Positions 9,231-19,801 of a stretch of DNA of 62,568 nt are shown here, in pieces. The notes under the pieces were generated by a model. The model did not search any database. It saw only the letters and a program-made list of their open reading frames with translations, and was not told where the DNA came from. Positions within the stretch are counted from its first letter, which is position 1. Every line of letters begins with the position of its first letter. Position numbers and translations under genes: made by a program. The DNA is from Lysobacter sp. (GTDB taxonomy: Bacteria; Pseudomonadota; Gammaproteobacteria; Xanthomonadales; Xanthomonadaceae), in contig DATDBD010000149.1 of the NCBI GenBank assembly GCA_036525015.1, positions 1 through 62,568 on the forward strand. The letters are read 5' to 3'.

Positions 9231-11024
9231 TTACTTGTCGCCCGTCTGCAGGACGGCCAGGAAGGCCTCCTGCGGAATTTCCACGCGCCCGACCTGCTTC
9301 ATCCGCTTCTTGCCCTCTTTCTGCTTCTCGAGGAGCTTCTTCTTGCGGGAGATGTCGCCGCCGTAGCACTTGGCCAGCACGTTCTTGCGCATCGCCTTGA
9401 CCGTGCTGCGGGCGATGATCTGCGAGCCGACGGCGGCCTGGATCGCGACATCGAACATCTGACGCGGGATCAGTTCCTTCATCTTCTCGCACAGGTCGCG
9501 GCCGCGCCGGTCGGCGTGGCTGCGGTGGGTGATGATGCTCAGCGCGTCGACCTTGTCGCCGTTGATCAGCGTGTCCACGCGCACGAACGGACCGGCCTGG
9601 AAACGCAGGAAGTGGTAGTCCAGCGACGCGTAGCCGCGACTGACCGACTTGAGCTTGTCGAAGAAATCCAGCACCACCTCGGCCATCGGCAGCTCGTAGC
9701 TGATCTGCACCTGGCCGCCCATGTAGGTGATGCCGATCTGCACGCCGCGCTTCTCTTCGCACAGCGTGATCACGTTGCCGACGTAATCGGGCGGCGTGAG
9801 GACGTTGGCACGAATGATCGGCTCGCGGACCTCTTCGATCATGTTCACCGGCGGCAGCTTGGCCGGGTTGTCCATCGGAACGATCGTGCCGTCGGTCTTG
9901 AGGACCTCGTAGATGACCGTGGGCGCGGTGCTGATCAGGTTGAGGTTGTACTCGCGTTCCAGGCGCTCCTGCACGATCTCCATGTGCAGCATGCCAAGGA
10001 AGCCGCAACGGAAGCCGAAGCCCATCGCCTCGGAGCTTTCCGGTTCGAAACGCAGCGCGGCGTCATTGAGCCGCAGTTTCTCCAGCGCCTCGCGCAGATC
10101 CGGGTAGTCCTCGGCGTCGACCGGGAACAGACCCGCGAACACGCGCGGCTGCATTTCCTGGAAGCCCGGCAGCGGCTTGAGGGCCGGATCGCCGGCCTGC
10201 GTCAGCGTGTCGCCGACCGGGGCGCCGTGCACATCCTTGATCGAGGCGTGGACCCAGCCCACCTCGCCAGCGCCGAGCTTGGGCAGGTCCTTGCGCTTGG
10301 GGGTGAACACGCCAACCTTGTCGACCTGGTGGGTGCGGCCGGTGGACATCACCAGCAGCTTGTCGCCGGGCTTGATCTCGCCCTGCATCACGCGCACCAG
10401 CGAGACCACGCCCAGGTAGTTGTCGAACCAGGAGTCGATGATCAGCGCCTGCAGCTTGTCGGTATCGCGCGGCTTGGGCGGCGGGATGCGATGGACGATC
10501 GCTTCCAGCACCTCTTCGATGTTGAGGCCGGTCTTGGCGCTGATCGCCACCGCGTCCTCGGCGTCGATACCGATCACCGCCTCGATCTCCGCCTTGGCGC
10601 GTTCGATGTCGGCCGTGGGCAGGTCGATCTTGTTCAGGATCGGCACCACTTCCAGGCCCTGCTCCACCGCGGTGTAGCAGTTGGCGACGGACTGGGCTTC
10701 GACGCCCTGGGCCGCGTCGACCACCAGCAGCGCGCCTTCGCAGGCCGCCAGCGAGCGGCTGACCTCATAGCTGAAGTCGACGTGGCCCGGGGTATCGATG
10801 AAGTTCAGGAAATAGGTCTTGCCGTCGCGCGCCGTGTACGGCAGCGACACGGACTGGGCCTTGATGGTGATGCCGCGCTCGCGCTCGATCGGGTTGGAGT
10901 CGAGCACCTGTGCTTCCATTTCGCGGGCTTCGAGGCCGCCACAAAGCTGGATGATGCGGTCAGCCAGGGTCGACTTGCCATGGTCGACGTGGGCGATGAT
11001 GGAAAAATTTCTGATCTGCTGCAT
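9231..11024 (-). CDS. lepA: Elongation factor 4 (LepA)
   Basis: [33 protein letters not shown]-terminal [14 protein letters not shown]. Confidence 0.98.
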   Translation of the reverse strand: MQQIRNFSIIAHVDHGKSTLADRIIQLCGGLEAREMEAQVLDSNPIERERGITIKAQSVSLPYTARDGKTYFLNFIDTPGHVDFSYEVSRSLAACEGALLVVDAAQGVEAQSVANCYTAVEQGLEVVPILNKIDLPTADIERAKAEIEAVIGIDAEDAVAISAKTGLNIEEVLEAIVHRIPPPKPRDTDKLQALIIDSWFDNYLGVVSLVRVMQGEIKPGDKLLVMSTGRTHQVDKVGVFTPKRKDLPKLGAGEVGWVHASIKDVHGAPVGDTLTQAGDPALKPLPGFQEMQPRVFAGLFPVDAEDYPDLREALEKLRLNDAALRFEPESSEAMGFGFRCGFLGMLHMEIVQERLEREYNLNLISTAPTVIYEVLKTDGTIVPMDNPAKLPPVNMIEEVREPIIRANVLTPPDYVGNVITLCEEKRGVQIGITYMGGQVQISYELPMAEVVLDFFDKLKSVSRGYASLDYHFLRFQAGPFVRVDTLINGDKVDALSIITHRSHADRRGRDLCEKMKELIPRQMFDVAIQAAVGSQIIARSTVKAMRKNVLAKCYGGDISRKKKLLEKQKEGKKRMKQVGRVEIPQEAFLAVLQTGDK

Positions 11025-11143
11025 GCGGGGCGGTGTGGGTCCGCCGGTTCCAGGAAATTCAACGCGCGATTATCGCACACGGCATGAACCGGACCGGAGG
11101 GCGCCTGTGAAACGGCAGGCGCCCCTGCCCGAAGACCGGCGGA

Positions 11144-12667
11144 TCAGCCGGTCTTGCTGTCCGCGGTCACGGCAACGTATTGGGTATTGCCCTGGCGACG
11201 CACCAGCAGCATCACGGTCTGTCCTGGCTTGACGCCGGCCAGTTCGCGATCCAGCGCCGAGGCCGAGCCGACCGCATTGCGGCCCACGGCCAGCACGACG
11301 TCTCCCGGGCGCAACCCCACTTCAGCGGCAGCATCGCCCGGATTGCGGATCAGCACGCCCTCATCCCCGGTCAGGCCGAGTCGCTTGCGGTCGCCCGGCG
11401 AGAGGTCCTGCGCGACCATGCCCAGGGTGTTACCCGCGGACGGCCGCTGGGGCATGCCGCCCGGAGCGGGCTGGGCGTCCTCGTTGCCGGCGGTCAGACC
11501 GGTATCGAGTTCGTTGACCACCACCGTACGCTCGATGTTCTTGCCGTCGCGGAATACGGTGACCTTGGCCTTGGTGCCCGGCGCCATCGCGCCGATCATC
11601 GGCGGCAGATCACTGGACTGGACGATCGGACGGCCATTGACCGAACGGATCACGTCACCGGGTTCGATCCCGGCCTTGTCGGCCGGGCTGCCCGGCAACA
11701 CCTGGCTGACCAGCGCGCCGTTGCTGTCCGGCACGCCGAAGCCGCGTGCGTTGTCCGAGTTCAACTGCTGCACGACCACGCCCAGCTGACCACGGCTGAC
11801 CTTGCCGGTCGCGCGCAATTGCTCGGCCGCGTTCATCGCCACATCGATGGGAATGGCGAAGCTCACGCCCATGTACCCGCCGGAGTTGCTGAAGATCTGC
11901 GAATTGATGCCGACCACTTCGCCGCCGGTGTTGAGCAGCGGACCACCGGAATTGCCCTGGTTGATCGCCACATCGGTCTGGATGAAGGGCACGTAGCGCT
12001 GGTCGGCATACGGATTGGCGCGACCGACCGCGCTGATGATGCCGGCGGTGACCGAGTGGTCCAGGCCGAACGGCGAGCCGATCGCGATCACCCACTGTCC
12101 GGGCTTGGTCGACTCGGCCTTGGCCATGCGCAGGAACGGCAGCCCCTTGGCGTCGACCTTGAGCAGGGCGACGTCCGACTGCTCGTCGCTGCCGATCACC
12201 TTGGCGGCAAGCTCGCGGCGGTCGGACAACATGACCTTGACCGTGTCGGCGCCATCGACGACGTGGTGGTTGGTCAGTACGTAGCCGTCTTCGGAGATCA
12301 GGAACCCGGTGCCGAGCGAAGTGCCGCCGCCACGCGGACCGCGCGGCCCCTGTGGCCCCTGCGGACCGCCGGGGAACGGCACCTGGTCGCCGAAGAAGCG
12401 GCGGAAGATCTCGGGAATCTCTTCATCGTCCGGCATCGTTCCGCGCGCGGCGCTGCGCGGCGCGATCTCGGCGCGGATGTTGACCACGGCAGGTCCGACA
12501 CGCTGCACCAGCGAAGTGAAATCCGGCAGTCCGCTGACGAGGGGAGCCGCAGGCGTGGCGGACGGCGGCGGCGCGATCGGCGCGGTGGGTTGCTGCGCGG
12601 TACACGCCGTCGGAAGCGCCACGGCTATGGCGCCGACCAGGGCAAGGGAACGGAGCGGACGGTTCAT
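11144..12667 (-). CDS. mucD: Periplasmic DegP/MucD-family serine endoprotease with two PDZ domains
   Basis: TNHHVV, SDVALLK, GNSGGPL catalytic triad; signal peptide; follows rseA. Confidence 0.9.
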   Translation of the reverse strand: MNRPLRSLALVGAIAVALPTACTAQQPTAPIAPPPSATPAAPLVSGLPDFTSLVQRVGPAVVNIRAEIAPRSAARGTMPDDEEIPEIFRRFFGDQVPFPGGPQGPQGPRGPRGGGTSLGTGFLISEDGYVLTNHHVVDGADTVKVMLSDRRELAAKVIGSDEQSDVALLKVDAKGLPFLRMAKAESTKPGQWVIAIGSPFGLDHSVTAGIISAVGRANPYADQRYVPFIQTDVAINQGNSGGPLLNTGGEVVGINSQIFSNSGGYMGVSFAIPIDVAMNAAEQLRATGKVSRGQLGVVVQQLNSDNARGFGVPDSNGALVSQVLPGSPADKAGIEPGDVIRSVNGRPIVQSSDLPPMIGAMAPGTKAKVTVFRDGKNIERTVVVNELDTGLTAGNEDAQPAPGGMPQRPSAGNTLGMVAQDLSPGDRKRLGLTGDEGVLIRNPGDAAAEVGLRPGDVVLAVGRNAVGSASALDRELAGVKPGQTVMLLVRRQGNTQYVAVTADSKTG

Positions 12668-12748
12668 GGGAATCGGCCTCGAAGCACTTGTTGGGAACGT
12701 TGGATGCATCGCGTCGCAACGCGACACGCAGTTCGGGCAACAGCCGCG

Positions 12749-13669
12749 TCAGTGCGGCGGTGGATTTCGTTCGACCGTGGCCTGCGCGGCTTCCTGCGGC
12801 ATGCTCGGTTCGAACGGATAAAACGAAGGTGAATCAGTACCGCTGGAGCTGGCACCGCTGTAGCTGGCATTGATCCCGCCCTGGCTGGAGTACTGCGGCA
12901 GCACGGCACGCGGCCACGGTCGCGCGACGGCTTCATTGGACCGCGGTTGGAACGGATTGGCACTGGCAGCGACGTTGGCCGTCGTCGTATGGACGTCTGC
13001 GGCGAGCGCCGTGGTCGCAGTTGCGGGCGCCGCTGACGCAGCGACAGCGACCGCAGCCGGCTCCCGGCGTGCGCTCGCGCGCAATGCCGCGCGTTGGCTC
13101 TGGCTGCGCGAGTTGCGCCGCTCGATGGCTCGGCGCGGCACTTCGGCGGCGGCGACGGCGGCGGTACCCAGCTCCACCGCCGGATCGGGCGCTGAAGGAT
13201 CGGGCGCCGGCGGCGTCTTCGAGGCCTGGACCTCGGGGGCTGCATTCAATCGCACGGACGACGCCTCGGCCACCTGGGCCTGCGTCGCATCCGGCGCCAC
13301 GTGGGTGGACCCGTTAGTGAGCGGGCGCGCCACGAACAGGGCGGCCACCGCGACCGACGCCGCCAGCGCGCCACCCATCCAGCCCCGTCGTCCGCTGAAC
13401 AGCGCCGCCTTGGGCACGGGCTGGCTCATTGCGGGCACGTGCTCGCGAGCGATGACCGACGCCACGCGCTGGGCGAAATCGCCGCTCGCCACCGCCGTTG
13501 CCTGGCCGCGCAGCACATCGCCGCACAGCTGCCAGCGGCCAAAGGCATCGCGCCACTGCTCGTCATGGCCGAGCCGCTTCAGCGCGAATCGCGCGGCATC
13601 CCCGCTCAGTTCGCCATCGAACAGCGCGCTGAGGGTCTCGCGGTCGTTATCGTAGGTATTCGCCGTCAT
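12749..13669 (-). CDS. rseA: Anti-sigma-E factor RseA/MucA
   Basis: ETLSALFDGEL..W..W.L.GDVLRG N-terminus, single TM; ATGA overlap with rpoE. Confidence 0.9.
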   Translation of the reverse strand: MTANTYDNDRETLSALFDGELSGDAARFALKRLGHDEQWRDAFGRWQLCGDVLRGQATAVASGDFAQRVASVIAREHVPAMSQPVPKAALFSGRRGWMGGALAASVAVAALFVARPLTNGSTHVAPDATQAQVAEASSVRLNAAPEVQASKTPPAPDPSAPDPAVELGTAAVAAAEVPRRAIERRNSRSQSQRAALRASARREPAAVAVAASAAPATATTALAADVHTTTANVAASANPFQPRSNEAVARPWPRAVLPQYSSQGGINASYSGASSSGTDSPSFYPFEPSMPQEAAQATVERNPPPH

Positions 13670-14286
13670 CGGTGCGGGCGCTCCCGTTCGTCGTGGTCCA
13701 GCAAGGGCCGAAGTTCTGCATCGATCGCTTCGCGCGCCCGGAAAATCCGCGAACGCACGGTGCCGATCGGACAACCCATCTTTTGCGCTATCTCGTCGTA
13801 GCTCAGGCCGTCCACCTCGCGCAGGGTGATCGCGGCCCGCAATTCCTCTGGCAGGGATTCGACCACCCGCATCACGGTGTGTTCGATCTCCTGCCGCAGC
13901 AGTTCGTGCTCGGGCGTATCGGTGTCGCGCAGACGCGTGCCGGTGTCGAACTGCTCAGCATCGCCCGCATCGACATCGTCGGTGGGCGGCCTGCGGTTCT
14001 GCGCAACGAGGTAATTTTTTGCGGTATTCACTGCGATACGGTGCAACCACGTATAGAACTGCGCGTCGCCCCGGAAGTTCGGCAGCGCCCGATAGGCGCG
14101 TATGAAAGTTTCCTGGGCCACGTCCTGGCATTCGCTCCAGTCGGGTATGTAGCGGCCGATCAGGGCGGTGATCCGATGTTGGTACTTGCGCACCAGGGCA
14201 TCGAAGGCCGCACTGTCGCCACGCTGGACACGCCTGACCAGCTCCTGGTCCAACTCAACATCTTTGGGCAACATCGTTTCGGCCAT
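13666..14286 (-). CDS. rpoE: RNA polymerase sigma factor RpoE
   Basis: DQELVRRVQRGD, DVAQETFIRAYRAL, FYTWLHRIAVNTAKN, GTVRSRIFRARE. Confidence 0.97.
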   Translation of the reverse strand: MAETMLPKDVELDQELVRRVQRGDSAAFDALVRKYQHRITALIGRYIPDWSECQDVAQETFIRAYRALPNFRGDAQFYTWLHRIAVNTAKNYLVAQNRRPPTDDVDAGDAEQFDTGTRLRDTDTPEHELLRQEIEHTVMRVVESLPEELRAAITLREVDGLSYDEIAQKMGCPIGTVRSRIFRAREAIDAELRPLLDHDERERPHR

Positions 14287-14327
14287 GCCGTGCCGGCACT
14301 CCTGTCAGCTCGGCCTTGGCCGAACAA

Positions 14328-14354
14328 TGGGACAACCCTGTCGGGGGAAAGTTC
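14328..14354 (-). promoter_or_regulatory. Sigma-E-type autoregulatory promoter of rpoE
   Basis: GAACTT-N16-TCCCA upstream of rpoE, matching the RpoE/AlgU consensus. Confidence 0.75.
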
Positions 14355-14520
14355 AATCACGTGGATTAATGGGGGCGCACCGGGGAGTGCGCAACGGCCA
14401 GGGGTCATGAGATCGGTGCAAAGCGGGTTTGACGCCCCGGTTTGAAGCCCCGGATTTGACGGCACCGAAACAACATCGGGATGATAGCGGTCATTCCATA
14501 CCCGAACGGATGGTCCCGCA

Positions 14521-16575
14521 ATGATCGCAGGCCTCGACGGTCTTCGCTTCCAGCACTGGCAGACCGAGCAGCGCCCCGACGGCATCCTGGTGCTGTCCTT
14601 CGACCGCGCCGGTACTCCGGTCAACACTTTCTCCCAGGACGTCCTGATCGAACTGGACGCCCTGCTCGAGCGCCTGGCGCTGGACCCGCCCAAGGGCCTG
14701 GTTCTGCGTTCGGCCAAGGCCACGGGCTTCGTCGCCGGCGCCGACATCAAGGAATTCCAGAGCTTCGACGCCAAGGGCACGGTCGGCGACGCCATCCGCC
14801 GCGGCCAGCAGGTGTTCCAGCGACTGGCGGAACTGCCCTGCCCGTCCGTCGCTGCTATCCACGGCTTCTGCATGGGCGGCGGCACCGAGATCGCGCTGGC
14901 CTGCCGTTCTCGCGTGGCCAGCAACGATCCGTCCACGCGCATCGGCTTGCCGGAAGTGAAACTGGGCATCTATCCGGGCTGGGGCGGCAGCGTGCGCCTG
15001 CCGCTGCTGGTCGGCGCTCCGGCCGCGTTCGACATGATGTTGACCGGCCGCACGCTGTCGGCCTCGGCGGCGCGTGCCAACGGCCTGGTCGACAAGGTGG
15101 TCGATGCCTCGAACCTGATCGATGCCGCCTGCGCCATCGCATTGAAGGGCGCCAAGCGCCCCTTCAAGCAGCGCTTCCTCGGTTGGGCCACCAACGTATT
15201 GCCCGTGCGCCTGCTACTCGCGCCGATGCTGACCAAGCAGGTCGCACGCAAGGCGCGCAAGGAGCACTACCCGGCGCCGTATGCGCTGATCAATACCTGG
15301 GCCCGCAGCGGCGGCGGCATCCAGTCGAGGCTGTCGGCCGAGCGCAAGTCGGTGGTCAAGCTCGCTTCCACGCCGACCGCGCGCAACCTGATCCGCGTGT
15401 TTTTCCTGCAGGAGCGCCTGAAGGGCATGGGCGGCAAGGATCACGGCATCGCGAACGTGCACGTCGTCGGCGCCGGTGTGATGGGCGGTGACATCGCCGC
15501 CTGGTCGGCCTACAAGGGCTTCAACGTCACCCTGCAGGACCGTGAGCAGCGCTTCATCGATGGCGCGATGACCCGCGCGCAGGATCTCTTCGGCAAGAAG
15601 GTGAAGGACGAGTCCAAGCGTGCCGGAGTCACTGCGCGTTTGAAGAGCGATCTGGCGGGCGACGGCGTGGCACAGGCTGACCTCGTTATCGAGGCGATCA
15701 TCGAAAAGGCCGAAGCCAAGCGCGAGCTGTACACGACGGTCGAACCGCGCATGAAACCCGATGCGCTGTTGACCACCAACACTTCCTCGATTCCGCTGAC
15801 CGAGTTGCGCGAGCACATCGCGCATCCTGCGCAGTTCGCGGGGCTGCACTACTTCAACCCGGTCGCGTTGATGCCGCTGGTGGAAATCATCCGTCACGAC
15901 GCCGTGGCGCCGCAGACCGAACTGCGCCTGGCGGCGTTCTGCAAGGCCATCGACAAATTGCCGGTACCGGTCGCGGGAACGCCCGGTTTCCTCGTCAATC
16001 GTGTGCTGTTCCCGTACATGCTGGAGGCGGCCACCGCATACGCCGAAGGCATCCCGGGGCCGGCGATCGACAAGGCGGCGGTGAAGTTCGGCATGCCGAT
16101 GGGGCCGATCGAACTGATCGATACGGTCGGCCTGGACGTCGCCGCAGGCGTCGGCGCGGAACTGGCGCCGTTCCTCGGCCTGCCCATCCCGGCCTCGTTG
16201 TCGACGCCGCCGGAGCCCGGCAAGCGCGGCAAGAAGGATGGCCAGGGCCTGTACAAGTGGGAGAACGGCAAAGCCGTGAAGCCGGAGTTGCCGAAGGACT
16301 ACCAGACGCCTTCCGACTTGGAAGACCGCCTGATCCTGCCGCTGCTCAACGAGGCCGTTGCGTGCCTGCACGATGGGGTGGTCGCCGATGCCGACCTGCT
16401 CGATGCCGGCGTGATCTTCGGCACCGGTTTCGCCCCGTTCCGCGGCGGCCCGATCCAGTACATCCGCGAAGCGGGCGCCGATGCGCTGCTGACACGACTG
16501 AAGCTGCTGCACGCGCGATATGGCGACCGGTTCGCGCCGCGACCCGGCTGGGATTCGGCCGCACTTCGGCCCTGA
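14521..16575 (+). CDS. Fatty acid oxidation multifunctional enzyme (enoyl-CoA hydratase/3-hydroxyacyl-CoA dehydrogenase), FadB/FadJ family
   Basis: FVAGADI, GGGTEIALAC, GLPEVKLG, GAGVMGG Rossmann motif, GLHYFNP. Confidence 0.93.
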   Translation: MIAGLDGLRFQHWQTEQRPDGILVLSFDRAGTPVNTFSQDVLIELDALLERLALDPPKGLVLRSAKATGFVAGADIKEFQSFDAKGTVGDAIRRGQQVFQRLAELPCPSVAAIHGFCMGGGTEIALACRSRVASNDPSTRIGLPEVKLGIYPGWGGSVRLPLLVGAPAAFDMMLTGRTLSASAARANGLVDKVVDASNLIDAACAIALKGAKRPFKQRFLGWATNVLPVRLLLAPMLTKQVARKARKEHYPAPYALINTWARSGGGIQSRLSAERKSVVKLASTPTARNLIRVFFLQERLKGMGGKDHGIANVHVVGAGVMGGDIAAWSAYKGFNVTLQDREQRFIDGAMTRAQDLFGKKVKDESKRAGVTARLKSDLAGDGVAQADLVIEAIIEKAEAKRELYTTVEPRMKPDALLTTNTSSIPLTELREHIAHPAQFAGLHYFNPVALMPLVEIIRHDAVAPQTELRLAAFCKAIDKLPVPVAGTPGFLVNRVLFPYMLEAATAYAEGIPGPAIDKAAVKFGMPMGPIELIDTVGLDVAAGVGAELAPFLGLPIPASLSTPPEPGKRGKKDGQGLYKWENGKAVKPELPKDYQTPSDLEDRLILPLLNEAVACLHDGVVADADLLDAGVIFGTGFAPFRGGPIQYIREAGADALLTRLKLLHARYGDRFAPRPGWDSAALRP

Positions 16576-16600
16576 ATTCCATGCAAGCTGCGCCCCAATG

Positions 16601-16629
16601 AACGAAGCCGCCCATCGGGCGGCTTCGTT
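16601..16629. terminator. Hairpin between convergent fad gene and pilZ
   Basis: AACGAAGCCGCCC-ATC-GGGCGGCTTCGTT perfect inverted repeat. Confidence 0.7.
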
Positions 16630-16702
16630 GCGTCGACTCGGGAATTATCGGCAAACCACAGAACGGACAAGCCGGGTTCGATGCCCGTCTTGCATGTGGT
16701 GG

Positions 16703-17077
16703 TTACATGGTGCTGGTGGCCCGCTCCGCGTTCAGCGTCCCCGCCAGCAGCGTCTCGATCTTGCTTTTTACCGCCTCGCCTTCGGCGCTGTCGGCGAACT
16801 GCACGCCGATGCCGGCAGGACGATTGCCCTGTGCACCGACCGGCGTCACCCAGGCGACCTTGCCCGCTACCGGCAGGCGCTCGGTCGATTCGGGCAGCGT
16901 CAGCAGCAGGAATACCTCATCGCCGATGAAATAACGCTTGGGCGTGGCGACGAAGATGCCGCCGTGACGCACGAACGGCATGTAGGCGCTGTACAGCGCC
17001 GCCTTGTCCTTGATCGCGAGCGACAGGATGCCCTGCCGTGCGCCACCGCCACCGCCCGCTGTCGCCATGCCATTCAT
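16703..17077 (-). CDS. pilZ: Type IV pilus assembly protein PilZ
   Basis: GILSLAIKDKAALYSAYMPFV..GGIFV..GIGVQF; ATGA overlap with holB. Confidence 0.93.
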   Translation of the reverse strand: MNGMATAGGGGGARQGILSLAIKDKAALYSAYMPFVRHGGIFVATPKRYFIGDEVFLLLTLPESTERLPVAGKVAWVTPVGAQGNRPAGIGVQFADSAEGEAVKSKIETLLAGTLNAERATSTM

Positions 17078-18054
17078 TTTCTGCTCCCCCCATGCACCTG
17101 CCCGGCTTCGACGCCGCGCCAGGCCAACAACAATTCGATGACCGCCAGATCGGCGCGGACCGTGGTCCGCAACAGATCGCGGGTCCGGTTCGCCTGATCG
17201 AACCATGCGGCCAGACTGCGCGCTCGCACCGGGTCGGTCAAGCCGGCAACTTCGGCTACGGCCAGGTCCGCGGCATGGCGCAGGCGCAGGGCGGCATTCT
17301 CGTCTCCGACCCAGCGCTGCGCGACCTCGCCCGCTGAAGCCTCGCCGCGTCCGAGCTTGGCCAGGTCGGCGGCCACTTCACGGCGCAGTTTCAGCCCATC
17401 GCCCTGCAGCCATTCGTGGGCCAGGCCAGGGTGTCCGCGCGCCGCATCCAGCGCCTCGCGCACGGCCGCCGCGCTGTGGCCCTGCGCATTCAGCCAGGCC
17501 ATCGCCTCGGCCTGCGGAGGCAGGCGGAACTCGAGCCGCTGGCAGCGGCTGCGGATCGTGGCCGGCAGGCGCGCCGGATGCGCGCTCACCAGCCACAGGT
17601 AGCGACCCGGCACCGGTTCCTCGAGCGTCTTCAGCAGCGCGTTGCAGGCGGCGTGGTTGATCGCGTCGGCTGGTTCAATGATCGCGATCTGCGCACCGCC
17701 GTATTGCGGCGTCAGCGCCATTTGTTCGGACAGCCGGCGGATCTGCTCGATGACGATCTCGGTGCGCAGCCGCGTGCCCTCCTTGTTGAGGACGAACGAG
17801 ATGACCTGGAAATCCGGATGCGTGCCAGCCGCCAGCAGATGGCAGCTGCGGCACGTGCCGCAGGGCTCGCCGGCGGCGTCGCGCTGCTGGCATAGCGTGC
17901 GCTGCGCCAGTCGCTCGGCGACGGCGCGCTTGCCCAGTTGCTGCGGGCCGCAGAACAACAAGCCATGCCCCAACCGGCCGGAGTCGAGCGCCGCCGTCGC
18001 CTGGTCATAGATGCGGCGCTGCCAGGGCGCGAAAGCGGCGGTCGGCATGCTCAT
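17074..18054 (-). CDS. holB: DNA polymerase III delta' subunit
   Basis: PCGTCRSC zinc motif, HPDF, NALLKTLEEP, TIRSRC; ATGA overlap with tmk. Confidence 0.95.
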   Translation of the reverse strand: MSMPTAAFAPWQRRIYDQATAALDSGRLGHGLLFCGPQQLGKRAVAERLAQRTLCQQRDAAGEPCGTCRSCHLLAAGTHPDFQVISFVLNKEGTRLRTEIVIEQIRRLSEQMALTPQYGGAQIAIIEPADAINHAACNALLKTLEEPVPGRYLWLVSAHPARLPATIRSRCQRLEFRLPPQAEAMAWLNAQGHSAAAVREALDAARGHPGLAHEWLQGDGLKLRREVAADLAKLGRGEASAGEVAQRWVGDENAALRLRHAADLAVAEVAGLTDPVRARSLAAWFDQANRTRDLLRTTVRADLAVIELLLAWRGVEAGQVHGGSRK

Positions 18055-18689
18055 GAACTCTGCCCGATCAGCCGGCGCACGTGCGCCACCGCATCGGCAG
18101 CTACGGATTGCGGCGACTGCGTGGCATCGATCACGCGGAAGCGCGCAGGCTCGGCCCCGGCACGGGCCAGGTAGCCTTCGCGCACGCGCTCGAAGAAGTC
18201 GTCGCGCTCGCCCTCGATGCGATCGGCAGCGCCGCGCCCACGCGCCCGTTGCAAACCGATATCCACGGGCACATCGAGCAGCAGTGTCAGCGCCGGTGCG
18301 ATGCCGACCACGCGGCGCTCCAGTTCGGCGATGAATACAGGATCCCCCCCGCGTGCCGCTCCCTGGTAGGCATAACTGGCATCGGTGAATCTGTCGCTGA
18401 TCACCCATGCGCCGCGCTCCAGCGCCGGCAGGATCGTCTCGCGCACGTGCTGGGCGCGTGCCGCGAACATCAGCAGCAGCTCCGTGTCGATGGTCGGTGT
18501 CTCATGATGCGGGTCCAGCAGCAGGCCACGGATCTGTTCGGACAACGGCGTGCCGCCGGGTTCGCGCGTGCTGACCACTTCATGGCCCGTTTCGTGCAGC
18601 ACCTCGCGCAGCGCGGACAGCACGGTGGACTTGCCGGCGCCCTCGCCGCCTTCGAGCGTGATGAAGCGGGGATAGGTGTGCAGCGTCAT
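18051..18689 (-). CDS. tmk: Thymidylate kinase
   Basis: FITLEGGEGAGKST, TREPGGT, DRFTDASYAYQG. Confidence 0.96.
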   Translation of the reverse strand: MTLHTYPRFITLEGGEGAGKSTVLSALREVLHETGHEVVSTREPGGTPLSEQIRGLLLDPHHETPTIDTELLLMFAARAQHVRETILPALERGAWVISDRFTDASYAYQGAARGGDPVFIAELERRVVGIAPALTLLLDVPVDIGLQRARGRGAADRIEGERDDFFERVREGYLARAGAEPARFRVIDATQSPQSVAADAVAHVRRLIGQSS

Positions 18690-19801
18690 TGCGTTCCCTG
18701 CGAGGAGTCGCCTTGCGATGCTTCACGCTGCGATGCATCTCGCGGAGAGGCCGCGCGCGCCTGCTGCGCCTGCCGGTACCGCTGCAGGTAGCTGCGCACG
18801 TTGGCCTCATGCTCGGCCAGCGTCCGGGCGAACAGGTGACGGCCGCTGCCATCGCCAACAGCCACGAAGAACACGTCCTCGCCTGAAGCCGGTTGCGCCG
18901 TGGCCTGCAGCGCATCCCCGCTCGGCATCGCGATCGGCGTCGGCGGCAGGCCGGCGCGGGTGTAGGTGTTGTAGGGCGTATCGGTCTGCAGGTCGCGTTT
19001 GCGGATGTTGCCGTCATAGCCGGCGCCCATGCCGTAAATCACGGTCGGATCGGTCTGCAAACGCATGCCGATCCGCAGCCTCCGCTCGAACAGGCCGGCG
19101 ATGCGCGGCCGCTCCTCGGCGATGCCGGTTTCCTTCTCGACGATCGAAGCCAGGGTGAGCAGTTCGTCCCGGGTCTTCAGCACGCTGTCCGGCCGGCGTT
19201 GCTGCCAGGCCGCGTCCAGCGCCTTGGCCATTGCGGCGTGCGCGCGCTTGAGCACGTCCAGGTCGCTGTCGCCGCGGGTGTACAGGTAGGTTTCCGGCAG
19301 GAAACGCCCTTCGGGATGCTGGCCCGATTGGCCCAGCGCCTTCATCAGCGCGGCATCGGTCAGCTTGCCGGTTTCGTGTTCGATCAGTTCCGCCTTGGCC
19401 AGCGCCGTGCGCAGCTCGCGAATGTTCCAGCCTTCGACGATGGTGAAGCGATGGCTGATCACCTTGCCGTCGCGCATCGCGACCAGCAGTTCGCGCGGCG
19501 AGGTGCCGGGTTCCAGCGCGTACTCGCCCACCTGCAACTTGCCGGCGGCGCCAAGCTGCCTGGCCAATGCGCGCCACTCGACCGGATCGCCCGCGCTTAC
19601 GCCCGCCTCGCGCAGTTTGCGCACCACGATCGGCAGCGAATCGCCGGACTCCACCACCACGCTGTCGCCCTCCTCCAGCCCCGTCATCGGAGCATCGGCG
19701 AAGCGGGTGTAGCGCTGCCACAGCAGCCCTGCCCCGATGGCCGCGGCCAACAGGATCAGCAGGAAGAAACCGCCGAGGCGGCGGCCAGTTTTTCGACTCA
19801 C
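18686..19801 (-). CDS. mltG: Endolytic transglycosylase MltG (YceG)
   Basis: N-terminal TM, LASIVEKET, LQTDPTVIYG, YNTY..GLPPTPI; GTG start with GGAGG RBS overlapping the pabC stop. Confidence 0.93.
   Translation of the reverse strand: MSRKTGRRLGGFFLLILLAAAIGAGLLWQRYTRFADAPMTGLEEGDSVVVESGDSLPIVVRKLREAGVSAGDPVEWRALARQLGAAGKLQVGEYALEPGTSPRELLVAMRDGKVISHRFTIVEGWNIRELRTALAKAELIEHETGKLTDAALMKALGQSGQHPEGRFLPETYLYTRGDSDLDVLKRAHAAMAKALDAAWQQRRPDSVLKTRDELLTLASIVEKETGIAEERPRIAGLFERRLRIGMRLQTDPTVIYGMGAGYDGNIRKRDLQTDTPYNTYTRAGLPPTPIAMPSGDALQATAQPASGEDVFFVAVGDGSGRHLFARTLAEHEANVRSYLQRYRQAQQARAASPRDASQREASQGDSSQGTQ

Noticed and set aside
16703-17077. PilZ as a c-di-GMP receptor
   Set aside because: It lacks the RxxxR motif and matches the holB-linked pilus-assembly PilZ type.
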